A stretch of 64,000 bases of DNA from Azolla caroliniana (Eukaryota > Plantae > Polypodiophyta): positions 11,222,001 through 11,286,000 of the forward strand of contig JBHGNT010000005.1 in the NCBI GenBank assembly GCA_043228905.1, in the 5' to 3' direction. Below, in pieces: positions 45,401-57,339 of the stretch. The position numbers and the translations under genes were made by a program. The notes beneath the pieces are model-generated. The model searched no databases and had not been told where the DNA came from. It saw nothing but the letters and a program-made list of their open reading frames with translations. Position 1 is the stretch's first letter, and every line of letters starts with the position of its first letter.

Positions 45401-48400
45401 CCGGCGACCGCATCTAGGACTCCGTCCGTGAATGGAAGCGGGAAGGGGTCTGTTACCGTAGCCGCATTCAATTTCCGGTAGTCAACACACACTCTTATTT
45501 TACCGTTCTTGTTGGGTACTACTACTATCGCACTGAGCCATGTGGCTTTCTTTACCATTCGGATGAAGCCCACTCTTAGCAATTTGTCGATTTCTTCTTT
45601 GACTTTTGCTGCGTAATTTGGGTTCATCCGGTAACCCCGTTGCGCTACCGGTTTGGAGTCTTTACTCAGATGTATCTGGTGTTGATACAATTGAGGATCG
45701 AGTCCCCGCATGTCTTCATAGGACTAAGCAAACACATTGCGAAATTCTTTTAGGAGTGTGATCATTGTCGTTTTGTTCTCCGGGGTCATTTCCTTGGCGA
45801 TGTGCACCGGTCTTGTGTCCTCTGTGGTACCTAGGTTTACCTCTTCTAGTTGGGATGCTTTCACGCGCTGCGACACTACCATTTCTTTTTCCAGTGCCTC
45901 CTGTGCTTGCCATAAGTCCCGGATTGCTTCTTTATCCGGTTCCTCGTCGGTCCCGTCCGGTTGCAGTATTTACGGTGATACTGCTTCGGCGACATCAATC
46001 TTGAACAGAGGTACGATCTTCGGATTTTCCTGTAAGTATTGATCGACCTCTTCGTCTGCCAATCCTTCCAGCATGTTGACACATTCCGCATATAGCGGTG
46101 TTGTTCGAGCTCTGCCCATTCCGCTCATTTGCCTTCTTCACCCATTCTGTTGCCTGCTTCTGGATGGCTTCTTGAGTTTCCCACTTTGTGGCTTTGCCTT
46201 TTGATCTTGTAGTGACTTGTTGTATGTCCGCGACTTCCGCGTCTACCATGTTCACCGTTGGTCGCTTGTCATAGCTCTTCACTGGACATTGATTACTACA
46301 ATGACCTTCTTGCCGGCAATAATAGCATTACGGCTTCCGGGTGTTGCTGGATTTGGCGTGTGTGCTTGGTGGAGGTCCTGTGGTAAGTGCTTGGTTTTGG
46401 TCTGGTTGGCTGCTTGGAGCGCCCTTTTCTGGTGCCCGTGGATTAGCCCCCTTTTTGTTGAAATGACGTTTCTTGAAATTCTTTTTGTTTCGGTAACCTT
46501 GACGGTGTTGGTCGTCATACTTGCCATAGTCGTCCCGTCGGTGGTTGTTACCAGGGGAGTGATCCCGGTTGTATCTCTCGTACCGTCCATTATAGTCCCG
46601 GTATCTATCCTGTCTGTCATATCGGTCATAAGCATCTCTTCGATCACTGTACCGGACATCTTGTGCCGATCGGTAGCGCTCATCTCGCCGCTAGCGTTCT
46701 TCTTCTTCCTCTTGGTTGCTCCGTGGTTCAATTTGCCGGACCGGTGGTGCTTGCCAGTTTAACAAGTTATACTCACACCGTTCCATTGTGTGGCTTCTAG
46801 AGTGGCAGAGCAAGCATTGGGAACGCATGGTGCATTCCAGCGCCGAATGTCCGACATTCAGGCATGTCGTACATTGAATTGCTTGCCGGAAACGGAGGTC
46901 CTCTTCCGTTGGTAGTGCACGCTGAAGTGTGCCCATGGTTAGCCATGAACTTGAGGTTTCCATTTCCCGAACTCGGTCGATCACTTGATCTATGTTGTTG
47001 GTGCGGAAATCAATAACGGTGCACATCTTACGTAAGGGTTCCCGGAGGGCTGCTAAGAATATGGCCTTTGTTTCTTCCTCCGGTGGTGTCTAGCTGAGCT
47101 GATTGTGGATCCGTTGGAACCGAATGACAAACTGTTGAATGTTCTCCGTTGGTTCTTGTCGGATACTGTAAAATAAGCCTACCATTTCCCGCTGGTCCAT
47201 CTCCTTGTGAAAGAAATGCAAATTTTTTGTCTTTAATGTTTCAAACGTTGGGATGGTGCTAGGATCTTGTGTTCGGTGCCATCGGGCGGCCGGTCCCTCC
47301 AAGGTCATGCAGAACTCTGGCCTTTTTGAGCGTTCCTCTTCGGCTGCATTTAAGCGTTGGGACACATGGTTCGCCTCCCAGGTCTGCTGAAACGTATGGA
47401 CGTGGGCTTCCGCGTTCAGATCATCCCGGTATCTGGGATATTGGAACGACATATCGTCGTTTGGTGTCGGTACACGGGCTGGTGGTGTCGGTGGTCGTTC
47501 CTCCTCTTTTGGTGTCGGAGGTTTTTCCCAGTCTTCTGTCGCCATCAGAGGTCTTTCCTGCTCCTCTTTCAGTGTCAGAGGCTTCTCCTTCTCGACTTCA
47601 TGTGTTGCAGGTCTCTCGTCCTCGACTTCTGGTTCCGGAGTGTGGTCGACTTCCGGTACTGGAGGTTCCAGCCTTGTCAATTCTGTTTCTGATGTCGGCA
47701 AGGTATCCGACTCGTCCTCTGGTTCACCAGGGGTGTCGTTACCGCTGTGGTAGTTCGTCTGCGCGCTGTATTCCCCGTTCGAACCCAATTCAAATGCCGA
47801 AAATGCTTCGGATTCGCCTTCCCCCGCTGCCAATGCCTGGAGAAGGGATTCCGCTTCCTAGAGGCTGCTTAGGCTACTTCCTTCGTCCGGGTAGTCGTTT
47901 TGTGGTAACCGAAGGGACTCCTTGGCCACTCTCTGGATCACCTTGGAAAATGAGCGATCCGCTCGGATTTCTTCTACCACTTGCTGGAAAGCCTCTCGCT
48001 TCCTCAGCTGTTCAGCAAGTCTCCTTGCTCGCTCCATAAATGGGTCGTTCGTTGGTCGCGTCATCCATTCCCGTTGTTGTTCGCTGCGATTGTGCAAGAA
48101 TCACGGTCGCCAAAAATTGTGTTAATACTTAGGGCCGGACAATGGCCTAACACAGGGTGTCTCCGGAAGACACTTCACCAAAGGGGTGTTATGGTGAGAT
48201 AACTTAAGACACAACGATTAATCCGACTTAATTGGCTACTTAGCAATAAGGCATTCACTTAATACACGCGTAAGATATAAAAAGTAATACAGGACGGTAA
48301 TCAATACTTGAAGATAAAACAAGAAGCTTATATTAATTCTCCGTTAAAGTTTTACATTGTAACTAGGCCTTTATATAGGTTACCGGTTTTGCGTACAAAA

Positions 48401-48539
48401 TGGTGCCAACCGGCACCTGTTCAGAACCGGTCCGTCCGTTCACTACTTAATTATAATCTATTCTACTTAATTAAAATAGATTCCGAATAACAATCCCTTT
48501 CACATTCTGGTCTTTAACTCATTTGCCGGTTGGGTAACA
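39431..48539 (-). mobile_element. Element G: decayed non-chromoviral Ty3/Gypsy with an extra 3' ORF
   Basis: LTRs 39431-39830 and 48120-48539 (TGTTA...TAACA); PBS TGGCGACCGTG (tRNA-Arg-like) at ~48102-48112; gag pieces 48097-46280; RT 44947-45711 (FLDD); RNase H-INT 42956-44908; TSD not clean (TCCTC/TTCTA). Confidence 0.9.
39884..42909 (-). pseudogene. Element G extra ORF (~1000 codons) downstream of integrase
   Basis: ORFs 42538-42909, 41539-42444 and 40969-41382 share one frame; 40412-40759 and 39884-40387 share another; predicted globular N-part, P/E-rich linker, coiled coil, polyQ tail. Confidence 0.75.
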
Positions 48540-49425
48540 TTCTATATTTCTGCGCTCTTGTCCGTTGGTTAATATTCCGGCAAACAACAGTACGCGAGGA
48601 CCTAGCACAGGATTATCGCCCGCTAGCGGACCAACACTCCGAGGAACTCGCACAACTGTTAGAAAACTTCGGGGAAAGTCAAGAAGATATTTTTTGCTGA
48701 ATAATGGAGATCAAGGGCGAACAACAACATATGGAGCCAATTACGGTACTCGATACCAATTCCACCGAGCACGGGGAACCGGAGCCCAATTCACCGGAGA
48801 TGACAACTATGCCAGGCAACATTGCGGACGATACGGACAGGATAGGGCCTCAACCAACCGCTTGCCCACAGACGGAAGAGCTAGCCCTGGCAGAAAGGAA
48901 TGAGCCAGCAGAGCCAGGTCCGACCACGCAGGGAGAAGTTGACAACATAGAAACCCCCACGTTAGCCAAATAGGGACAAGACGCACACCAAAGCAATGAA
49001 GCATCTATGGACATTACGCCGCCTCCGGACCAGAACGTATGAGCAGAGCCGAACATCCTGGACATCTTGGAGGATGAATAGAGGGATGAGTCCAACGTGC
49101 CATGGCATTGTCCCCTAGGTGTGCCAGGTGTTGTCCGCCAGAATTGTAACCACCAGACATAATGCATAAAATATGAGAAATGTATTAGAAGCGTGTAATT
49201 TTGGAGGGTGTTTGTGCAATCCGTGATGTCTTGTGTAATCTCTATGCTATTCGTAAGTTCGTCTCTCTAAGCATAGGGTAAGAGTCAGCGTAGTATCGCA
49301 CTCAGGTTCTCGGTCGTAGCCGTAAACCTTCACCCATAGATACGCATTATTATGTAACTAACAAATTATGGCTCACGCCTTTGCACATTTATGGTGCTCA
49401 TTTATATAATTAAAACTCTCTACTA

Positions 49426-49555
49426 TTTTCAATGGTAGCTTTTTCAATAGCTAATTTATCAATGGTAGCTTTTTCCATAGCTAATTTATCAATGGTAGCT
49501 TTTTGCAAAAATGACTATTTATCAATGGTAGCTTTTTGTATAGCTAATTAGCTAT
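49426..49555. repeat. ~30-bp tandem repeat (TCAATGGTAGCTTTTTCCATAGCTAATTTA), about 4 copies
   Basis: Direct reading. Confidence 0.85.
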
Positions 49556-50806
49556 GTCAAAGACATAGCTAATTGTTTCCACTCGCATATTTTCACCCTT
49601 ATACAATATTCTCAATCTCGATCTCGATTCTTGGTTCATTCTCTTCTTCCCATCCGGACGGACCTGTTTTCCCAATAGCTCATACGCTTCCACCGCATCG
49701 TTGGTGCCCTCACCTAAGCCATGCTTGAGAGCACCAATCCCTACGCCCCACCTTTGGGGTTCCTTTGTTTAGTTTGCGCCTGGCAGAATGCTTGGGATGT
49801 GGGGGCCCGCACCAACATATTCACTATCGATTGTGCCGCGTTCCACTGGCCCACTGAACTCGAGGCAGAAGACACACAAGGGTTTGACCTCGACCTCGAC
49901 ATCTCTTGAGAGTACCAACTTTTGACTTTCGACAAGGCACACGCCCATGCGCTACTGCCCCCAATACCCACCCAATCACCTGTTGTTGTCGACCCAAAGG
50001 GGGACCTTGACTCACCCCATGATACTGACCAACACCCACCCCCACTCCCACCCCATCCCCATCCCCCGAACCACACCCCATCATAACCACCACGTACCCG
50101 ATCATGCCCACCCCATGTTCGGCCATAACCCTTTTCACAAACCCCCCTTGACCAACCACCTTTCCCCCAGGCATTGGCCGTGGCACGAATTTCGAGCAGC
50201 TCAAGAATGATTACTCACCCTACAACTCAACTGGCTTGTGTTTCCACGATCCCTTACAACCTCTCCTTGACATACCTACGTACATACCTAGACTTCCCTA
50301 ACCCAACCATCCAAGCGAATATTCCTTTTTTTCAATTGTTGTTAATTCTCCTCGACTCCCCTCGTTACGAGACCCCCACGTTCAAGTTGTGCCACCATCC
50401 ATAATGGGGTCTCGCGTTTGATTTGAATAAAGGTCCAACATGTCGTCAATTGGTCGCCCTCTGAGCCCGTGTCAACATTCTCCCTGCCATCTACAAATGG
50501 GATTTTGAAACGATGATTGACACACGTTTCTTTCCAACTTACTTGAGTTTTGGTAGGAACCCCCCCTTCGTTTGCCAGCTACAACACTTCCCCGTGGCTC
50601 GTCGACCCCAATACAGACTTCTTCACGACGACTAATCAAATGCAAGAGATTCATTTAACTCCCCTCAACATCTGACATCTTCGCCACCATCTTCGCCATT
50701 GACCACCCCCCAACGAACCACCCTATTCCATCCTTCTTGCCCCCAACGCCCCAAGCTCACCTCCCATGGTGCACCTAGGAGTGTGCACTCATTAGGTGGG
50801 GGGGGA

Positions 50807-51142
50807 TGTTAAGCGTTTGGATTGCACCACGATTGGTCACGATGAAGAGTGCATCAACAAGGCCGTAGTACGGCTAAAGGAACTATGAACAAGAAATGGC
50901 AAGAGGAAAAGGAGCTAATGGGTAGCCAAGTGTGAAAGATGCAAACCCTAAATGTAAATACTGTATAAACCACATTGCAGTGGCTTTGTAAGGGTTCTTC
51001 CATTTGTAAAGGTCTCCCTATTGATTAAGAGCTAGAGATTCCTCTCCTCCTTCTTCTATCCCGTAAGCTTAAGAGAGATTAGTGAAGTGTTTAGTTAGAG
51101 AACACTAATCTCTCTTCCTTGTTGGTGCTAGGCCTCTTAACA
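50807..51142 (+). mobile_element. Unpaired 3' LTR (336 bp) preceded by a PPT
   Basis: GGTGGGGGGGGA then TGTTAAG...CTTAACA inverted ends; TATAAA at ~50964; partner LTR not seen in the window. Confidence 0.7.
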
Positions 51143-51298
51143 AAGAGGGTTAATAAACATATTCATCACTCTTATTTTCTATGAGAGCGAACTTGAGAGA
51201 GTGAGAGAGATATCGTGCTTAATAATCAATTAATTGTTAAGTGAGTGAGAGGCTCAGAGGTGCCCGACAACCATCTCCGCCCGACTTGCCATCAAAAG

Positions 51299-51701
51299 TG
51301 TTACGGGGATGACCATATAATATCCCATGGTGAGAATTTATCGTAGTATTCTATACACGTGGATAAGTGTGAGGGTTAAACGAGAGTGTAAAGAAGGAGA
51401 GGATTAATTTTATTCCTCGGGATTGAGACAACCGATTAGGCCAAGTGTGAACTTCCCTGGGGGCCTTGGGTATCATCCTTTCACTACATCGAGACTTTGT
51501 TTCGTGGTGGTTTAACTCTTGTAGCAAGTGCACCAACACCAAGTACGATTCGATGCCACGACGGTGTTATGGGACGCCGATCGAGGCTCGAGTCCGTCTC
51601 GATCCCTTCGCTCAGGGGTGGTTGGGTGGAGCGGCACCGTTCTTTCTCTCTCCTTTCTATCTATCTATCTATCATTCTTTTCTCCTTATCATACGCTTAC
51701 A
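51299..51701 (+). mobile_element. LTR of family X (reverse complement of 12864-13298)
   Basis: TGTTACGGG start, GGGACGCCGATCGA core and CATACGCTTACA end shared with 12864-13298; no TSD found, so the right boundary is uncertain. Confidence 0.7.
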
Positions 51702-52009
51702 TTAGTTCATATCTCTAATAAAAAGGGCATACGCCTATCCGAGCTCCGCAAACAACATCGAGGAGGGTTTAACTCCGTCAATACATAGATCCTTCAAACC
51801 AGTTTATGTAGAGTCGACCGTCGAGCACCTTCATTGCGTGCATCGACTTTTAAGGTATGTGAGCGGCACTAAGGATCGAGGACTGTTATACCGACACGGT
51901 ATAACTGAGCAACTAGTCAGTTATGTTGAGATATCAAGCTCAACTTAGTTTAGTCGTTTAGTCAACACACGTAGTTTAGTAGTTACCTAGATAGAATCTA
52001 GTTAATGTG

Positions 52010-55000
52010 TGATGGAAATAATCGCGAAAAATAATCGACACTTTCCAAAACTTCACCTCTCGGCCACAACCAAGGAAACACACGAATCGTTGTTGCAGAA
52101 AAATGGGAAATGCAATGGACACACGATTTATCGTGGAAAACCCTGTACGGGAAAAAACCACGGGAGTACAAGACTCCGAACCAAAACTATGCACAGAGAA
52201 GTATACAATGGCGAGCTGCAAGGCGACGACCTTGAGCTCGCTGTCCTCGCCACAGGCGGCGGAAATACACAGAGGCGTCGACCTCTTCCTCTCTCACGCG
52301 CTATCTCTCTCACGGCTGCTCTCTCTTCACTCCTCTTGAGTGGAAAAACAGAAAAATGAGTAGCAACATCAAAACTGTTTGCCCTAAGTCATATTTATAC
52401 ACATATGACTTTAGGGCTATTTACAACTATAGCCTCAAGGGCCCTTGGCAAACATATTCACAGATATGTCCCCGCATCCGGATCTCTCTCCGGGTACATT
52501 CGTCATCCGGCTCCAGAGCCGGGGTCTTCATCATCCGGTTCCGAAACCTAAACCGGGCTCGTCGGCATTCATCTCCGACATCCGACCATCCCATCCGAAG
52601 GGATCGTAATCCCAACAAACTCCCCCTTCACTTCGGTATGGGATGTCTTTCCAATCCGATCCTCTTCCGGCATGCTTCCAGCTTGTCGGGTGTGAGCACC
52701 TTGGTCAGCATATCCGACCCGTTCTCGTCCGTGTGGACCTTCGTCAGCACGAACTCCTTGTCTTCTATTCTTTCCCGGATCCAGTGATATCTTCGCTGGA
52801 TGTGCTTCGTCCGGGAGTGATAGGCTGCGTTCTTCGCAAGGTGGATTGCACTCTGACTGTCGCAGTAGAGTCGGTACTCCTCCTGCCGGATGCCGAGCTC
52901 TCTAATGAAGTCCTTCATCCATATTATTTCCTTGCCGGCTTCAACTGCTGCCATGTACTCCGCCTCCGTGGTTGACAACGCAACCGTCTTCTGCAGCCTC
53001 GACTGCCATGAAATAGCTCCCCCTGCATACGTCATCACATACCCTGATGTGGACCGGCTGGTATCTGCATCAGCCGACATATCCGAATCGGTGAAGCCGT
53101 CGAGTTCGGGCTTACCGGAGCCGAATCGGAGGCACACGTTTGCCGTGCCCTTCAGGTATCGGAGTATCCACTTGGCCGCGTTCCAATGCTCTTTGCCGGG
53201 ATTGCTCATGTACCGGTTCACCACTCCGACTGCGTATCCAATGTCCGGTCTTGTACACACCATTGCGTACATCAAGCTTCCGACGGCAGAGGCATATGAC
53301 ACTTTCATCATGTCCTCCTTCTCAGCCTTTGTCTTGGGGCTTTGCTTGCTGGACAGCTTGCAGTTTGCCGGGAGGGTCGATCCGACTGGTCTTGCTTCCG
53401 ACATGTTGAACCGGTGAAGCACCTTTGTCACGTACTTCTCCTGTGACAGCCACAACTGCTTCTTCTTCCGGTCCCGGATGATGTGCATCCCTAGTATTTG
53501 CCTTGCCGGACCCAGGTCCTTCATTGAGAAGGTTCGGTGAAGAGCCTTCTTCAGCATCCGTATCTTGACCTGGTCTCGTCCGACGATCAACATGTCGTCT
53601 ACGTATAGGAGGAGTATTAGAAAGTCTCCTCCTTCGAACTTCTTCACAAACACGCAGTGATCGGACTGCGTTTTGTGGTACCCTTCGTCTGTCATGAAAG
53701 AGTCGAACTTCCGGTACCATTGCTGGGGAGCCTGCTTCAGTCCGTAAAGGCTCTTCTTCAACCGGCATACCAGGTGCTCCTTCCCTTTCTTCTCGAATCC
53801 TTCCGGTTTCTGCATGTAGATCTCTTCTTCGAGGTCACCGTGAAGGAATGCCGTCTTCACGTCCATCTGTTCTATCTCGAGGTCCATGCTTGCCGCTATG
53901 CTCAGCACCGTCCGGATGGAGGTCATCTTCACTACCGGGGCAAATATCTCGTCGAAGTCGACGCCCTTCTTCTGCTGAAACCCCTTCACCACGATCCTGG
54001 CTTTGTATCTCGGGGGGTTTCCGGCATCTCCCGGTTTCAGCTTGAACACCCACTTGTTTCGAAGTGCCCGCTTTCCTTTCGGCAACTCCACAAGTTCATA
54101 TGTGTGGTTCTCATGCAGGGAATCCATCTCGTCCTGCATGGCACTCAACCACCTGCGGCTCTGGGTGTCATGCTTTGCTTCTTCAAAGCTCTCCGGCTCC
54201 CCCTCGTCGGTTAGCAGCACGTGCTCTGGTTCCGGAAATCTCCGGGGGGCCCTTCTCTCTCTTAGAGGATATCTCCGTTCCGGAGCTTCGGTAACCGGTT
54301 CTTCCGATTCTTCTTCATCCGAATCCATTTCGGGGTCGGGGCCGGTTCCGGTATCATTTTCATCTTCTTCGGCCGGTTCTGTTTCTTCACCGTCTTCGGC
54401 CGGATCTTCGAGTGTTAACCGGTCCCTTGCCGGTCGGGACTGCTCCTCATAGAGTTTATCCTCACCGGTCGACTTGGAACTCTTCATCTTCTTCTCCGAC
54501 TCCCAGTCGGCGAGTGTCTTGTTCTCCATGAAGATGATATCACGACTCCGGAATATCTTCTTGTCGACCGGGTCCCATACTCGGTAGCCGAACTCGTCAT
54601 CGCCATAACCGAGGAATATGCATGGCCGGGTCTTTGGATCTAGCTTTCCTCTCCGGTCCTTTGCCACATGCACATATGCGAGACACCCGAACACCTTCAG
54701 ATGCCGGTAGGATACTTCCCTACCGGTCCACACTCTCTGCGGCGTGTCTCTGTCCAAAGGTACTGAGGGTGATCTGTTTATCACGTATGTCGCCGTTGAC
54801 ATCGCCTCAGCCCAAAACCCCTTGGGTAATTCCGCATGCGCCAGCATACTCCGGACCCTCTCCATTATGGTCCGGTTCATCCTCTCGGCCAGCCCGTTCA
54901 GTTCCGGCGTCTTCGGCACAGTAAACTCGAGCCGGATTCCCTTCGAGCGACAGTACTCCGCGAACTGCCCCCGGTATTCCCCTCCGTTATCCGCTCGTAT

Positions 55001-57339
55001 CGCTTTCAGCTTCTTGCCGGATTCCCTTTCCACTCTCGCGTGGAGTTCTTTGAAGACGCACAACACTTGGTCCTTTGTCTTCAACGGTGCCGTCCACAGC
55101 TTCCGGCTGTGATCATCAATGAATGTCACGAAGTACTGGGCTCTGCCATGTGACTTCGTTTCTACCTGACACACATCAGTGTGCACCAACTCCAATGGTG
55201 CGCTACGTCTCGTCGGTGGCCTTGAGTGGAAGGAGGTTCGGTTCTGCTTACCGGCCAGGCAATCGGTGCACTTCTCCAGGTGCACATGCTTCACTGGAAT
55301 AAGGTTGTCTTCTGCAAGCCTCTTCATCCCCTTCTCACTCATGTGGCACAGTCTTTTGTGCCACAGCTCACCGGCAGTGTCGGCTGCCACATTCAGCTCT
55401 TCCGGACATAACCGGGCATTCATCAGGTACAGTGTGTTGACTTTCCGGGCCCGAGCCACTATCAGGCTCCCCTTGTTGAACTTCATTACGCCGTTCCGGA
55501 TGCTACCTGTGTAGCCTTCATCGTCTAGCCTCCCGGCCGAAATCAGGTTCAATCGAACCTCCGGAACGTGTCGGACATCCTTCAGCAGCATTTTGCATCC
55601 GGTCGAGGTTGTCAACCACACGTCTCCTATGCCGGCAATCCGGCACGTACCTTCATTTCCCATCCGAACACAGCCATGCTCACCGACTGTGTAGGATGAG
55701 AAGTATCTTCTCTCCGGGGTCAGGTGGAACGATGCTCCGGAATCGACCACCCAGGTCGTCTCATCGCCGGCAATGTTTAGTTCACCTTCTTCGGTGATGA
55801 GCATGATTTCTTCCTCACTTGCCGCGAGTGCCGTCGTTCCTTTCCGGTCCTGCCCTCGCCGATCCGGACCTCTCCGGTCCGTGGCTCCCCGATATGCACC
55901 GTTTCTCTCCGGTGACTTCTTCGAATCGGTGTCGTCGGTTCCGTTGTCCTTTCGGTAATGCCGACAATTCTTCCGAAAGTGCCCCGGCTTCCCACAGTGG
56001 AAGCATGTGGGTCTTCCTCTTGACTGCGACTGGGTCCCCGACTTCTCCCGTCTTTGCGGACTCCGGTTCCATTGTCTTCCCCGTTCCGATTCGGTAAGCA
56101 GCGCCTTCGAGTCGGAGGCCGGTTCTTTATCTCTCCGACGCGCTTCTTCGTTCAAAATACTTGTCTTTACCGTTTGTAGGGACAAGTTACCTTCCGTGCA
56201 GGAGGTGCTGAGAGTCACCACCAAGTTCTCCCAGCTTTCCGGCAATGTACACATCAGAATGATGGCTTGCATTGCATCCTCCAGCGGGAACTTGATCGCC
56301 GCAAGCTGGTTCACGAATCCCATGAACGTGCTTACGTGTTCCACCATACTCTCGCCGTCCCGGTACTTGAGGTTCACTATCTTCCTCATCAGGGAGGTCC
56401 GGTTCAACGCATTCTTCCTCTCGTAGAGGCCCGACAGCTTCCGCCACATCTCATATGCGTTGATGTCGTTCGCCACATGTTGTAGAACGCTCACGTCGAC
56501 GTATTGCCGAATGGTTGCAACGGCTTTCCGGTTCAGAAGCCTCCATTCCGACTCAAGTACCCCCTTCGGTATTTCCGACCTGTCAATCGGTTCGTACAGG
56601 TCCCGAACAATCAGAAGATCCTCCATCTTGATCTTCCAGTCGGCGTAATTCTGCGCATTCAGCACCATCATCCCCGGCTGCCCGCTGCCGCCGCCTTCCA
56701 TTTTCTGCAGCAGCTCGCTCTTATACCAAATTGATGGAAATAATCGCGAAAAATAATCGACACTTTCCAAAACTTCACCTCTCGGCCACAACCAAGGAAA
56801 CACACGAATCGTTGTTGCAGAAAAATGGGAAATGCAATGGACACACGATTTATCGTGGAAAACCCTGTACAGGAAAAAACCACGGGAGTACAAGACTCCG
56901 AACCAAAACTATGCACAGAGAAGTATACAATGGCGAGCTGCAAGGCGACGACCTTGAGCTCGCTGTCCTCGCCACAGGCGGCGGAAATACACAGAGGCGT
57001 CGACCTCTTCCTCTCTCACGCTCTATCTCTCTCACGACTGCTCTCTCTTCACTCCTCTTGAGTGGAAAAACAGAAAAATGAGTAGCAACATCAAAACTGT
57101 TTGCCCTAAGTCATATTTATACACATATGACTTTAGGGCTATTTACAACTATAGCCTCAAGGGCCCTTGGCAAACATATTCACAGATATGTCCCCGCATC
57201 CGGATCTCTCTCCGGGTACATTCGTCATCCGGCTCCGAAGCCGGGGTCTTCATCATCCGGTTCCGAAACCGAAACCGGGCTCGTCGGCATTCATCTCCGA
57301 CATCCGACCATCCCATCCGAAGGGACCGTAATCCCAACA
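52010..57339 (-). mobile_element. Intact Tnt1-like Ty1/Copia inserted in the 5' LTR of D
   Basis: 608-bp LTRs 52010-52617 and 56732-57339 (about 7 differences); TSD ATGTG; iMet-type PBS TGGTATAAGAGC 56717-56728; PPT 52619-52630. Confidence 0.96.
52628..56701 (-). CDS. Copia Gag-Pol polyprotein, 1357 aa (Gag-PR-INT-RT-RNase H)
   Basis: CFHCGKPGHFRKNC, WVVDSGAS, LWHKRLCH...CTDC, FIDD, LLLYVDDML, SRTKHI; true start is the ATG just after the PBS (56701). Confidence 0.95.
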   Translation of the reverse strand: MEGGGSGQPGMMVLNAQNYADWKIKMEDLLIVRDLYEPIDRSEIPKGVLESEWRLLNRKAVATIRQYVDVSVLQHVANDINAYEMWRKLSGLYERKNALNRTSLMRKIVNLKYRDGESMVEHVSTFMGFVNQLAAIKFPLEDAMQAIILMCTLPESWENLVVTLSTSCTEGNLSLQTVKTSILNEEARRRDKEPASDSKALLTESERGRQWNRSPQRREKSGTQSQSRGRPTCFHCGKPGHFRKNCRHYRKDNGTDDTDSKKSPERNGAYRGATDRRGPDRRGQDRKGTTALAASEEEIMLITEEGELNIAGDETTWVVDSGASFHLTPERRYFSSYTVGEHGCVRMGNEGTCRIAGIGDVWLTTSTGCKMLLKDVRHVPEVRLNLISAGRLDDEGYTGSIRNGVMKFNKGSLIVARARKVNTLYLMNARLCPEELNVAADTAGELWHKRLCHMSEKGMKRLAEDNLIPVKHVHLEKCTDCLAGKQNRTSFHSRPPTRRSAPLELVHTDVCQVETKSHGRAQYFVTFIDDHSRKLWTAPLKTKDQVLCVFKELHARVERESGKKLKAIRADNGGEYRGQFAEYCRSKGIRLEFTVPKTPELNGLAERMNRTIMERVRSMLAHAELPKGFWAEAMSTATYVINRSPSVPLDRDTPQRVWTGREVSYRHLKVFGCLAYVHVAKDRRGKLDPKTRPCIFLGYGDDEFGYRVWDPVDKKIFRSRDIIFMENKTLADWESEKKMKSSKSTGEDKLYEEQSRPARDRLTLEDPAEDGEETEPAEEDENDTGTGPDPEMDSDEEESEEPVTEAPERRYPLRERRAPRRFPEPEHVLLTDEGEPESFEEAKHDTQSRRWLSAMQDEMDSLHENHTYELVELPKGKRALRNKWVFKLKPGDAGNPPRYKARIVVKGFQQKKGVDFDEIFAPVVKMTSIRTVLSIAASMDLEIEQMDVKTAFLHGDLEEEIYMQKPEGFEKKGKEHLVCRLKKSLYGLKQAPQQWYRKFDSFMTDEGYHKTQSDHCVFVKKFEGGDFLILLLYVDDMLIVGRDQVKIRMLKKALHRTFSMKDLGPARQILGMHIIRDRKKKQLWLSQEKYVTKVLHRFNMSEARPVGSTLPANCKLSSKQSPKTKAEKEDMMKVSYASAVGSLMYAMVCTRPDIGYAVGVVNRYMSNPGKEHWNAAKWILRYLKGTANVCLRFGSGKPELDGFTDSDMSADADTSRSTSGYVMTYAGGAISWQSRLQKTVALSTTEAEYMAAVEAGKEIIWMKDFIRELGIRQEEYRLYCDSQSAIHLAKNAAYHSRTKHIQRRYHWIRERIEDKEFVLTKVHTDENGSDMLTKVLTPDKLEACRKRIGLERHPIPK

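Noticed and set aside
39426-48544. TSD for element G
   Set aside because: Flanks TCCTC/TTCTA match only 3 of 5, so they cannot be called a TSD
56702-56893. N-terminal 64 aa of the 1421-aa ORF call
   Set aside because: Lies in the LTR and PBS upstream of the likely ATG at 56701
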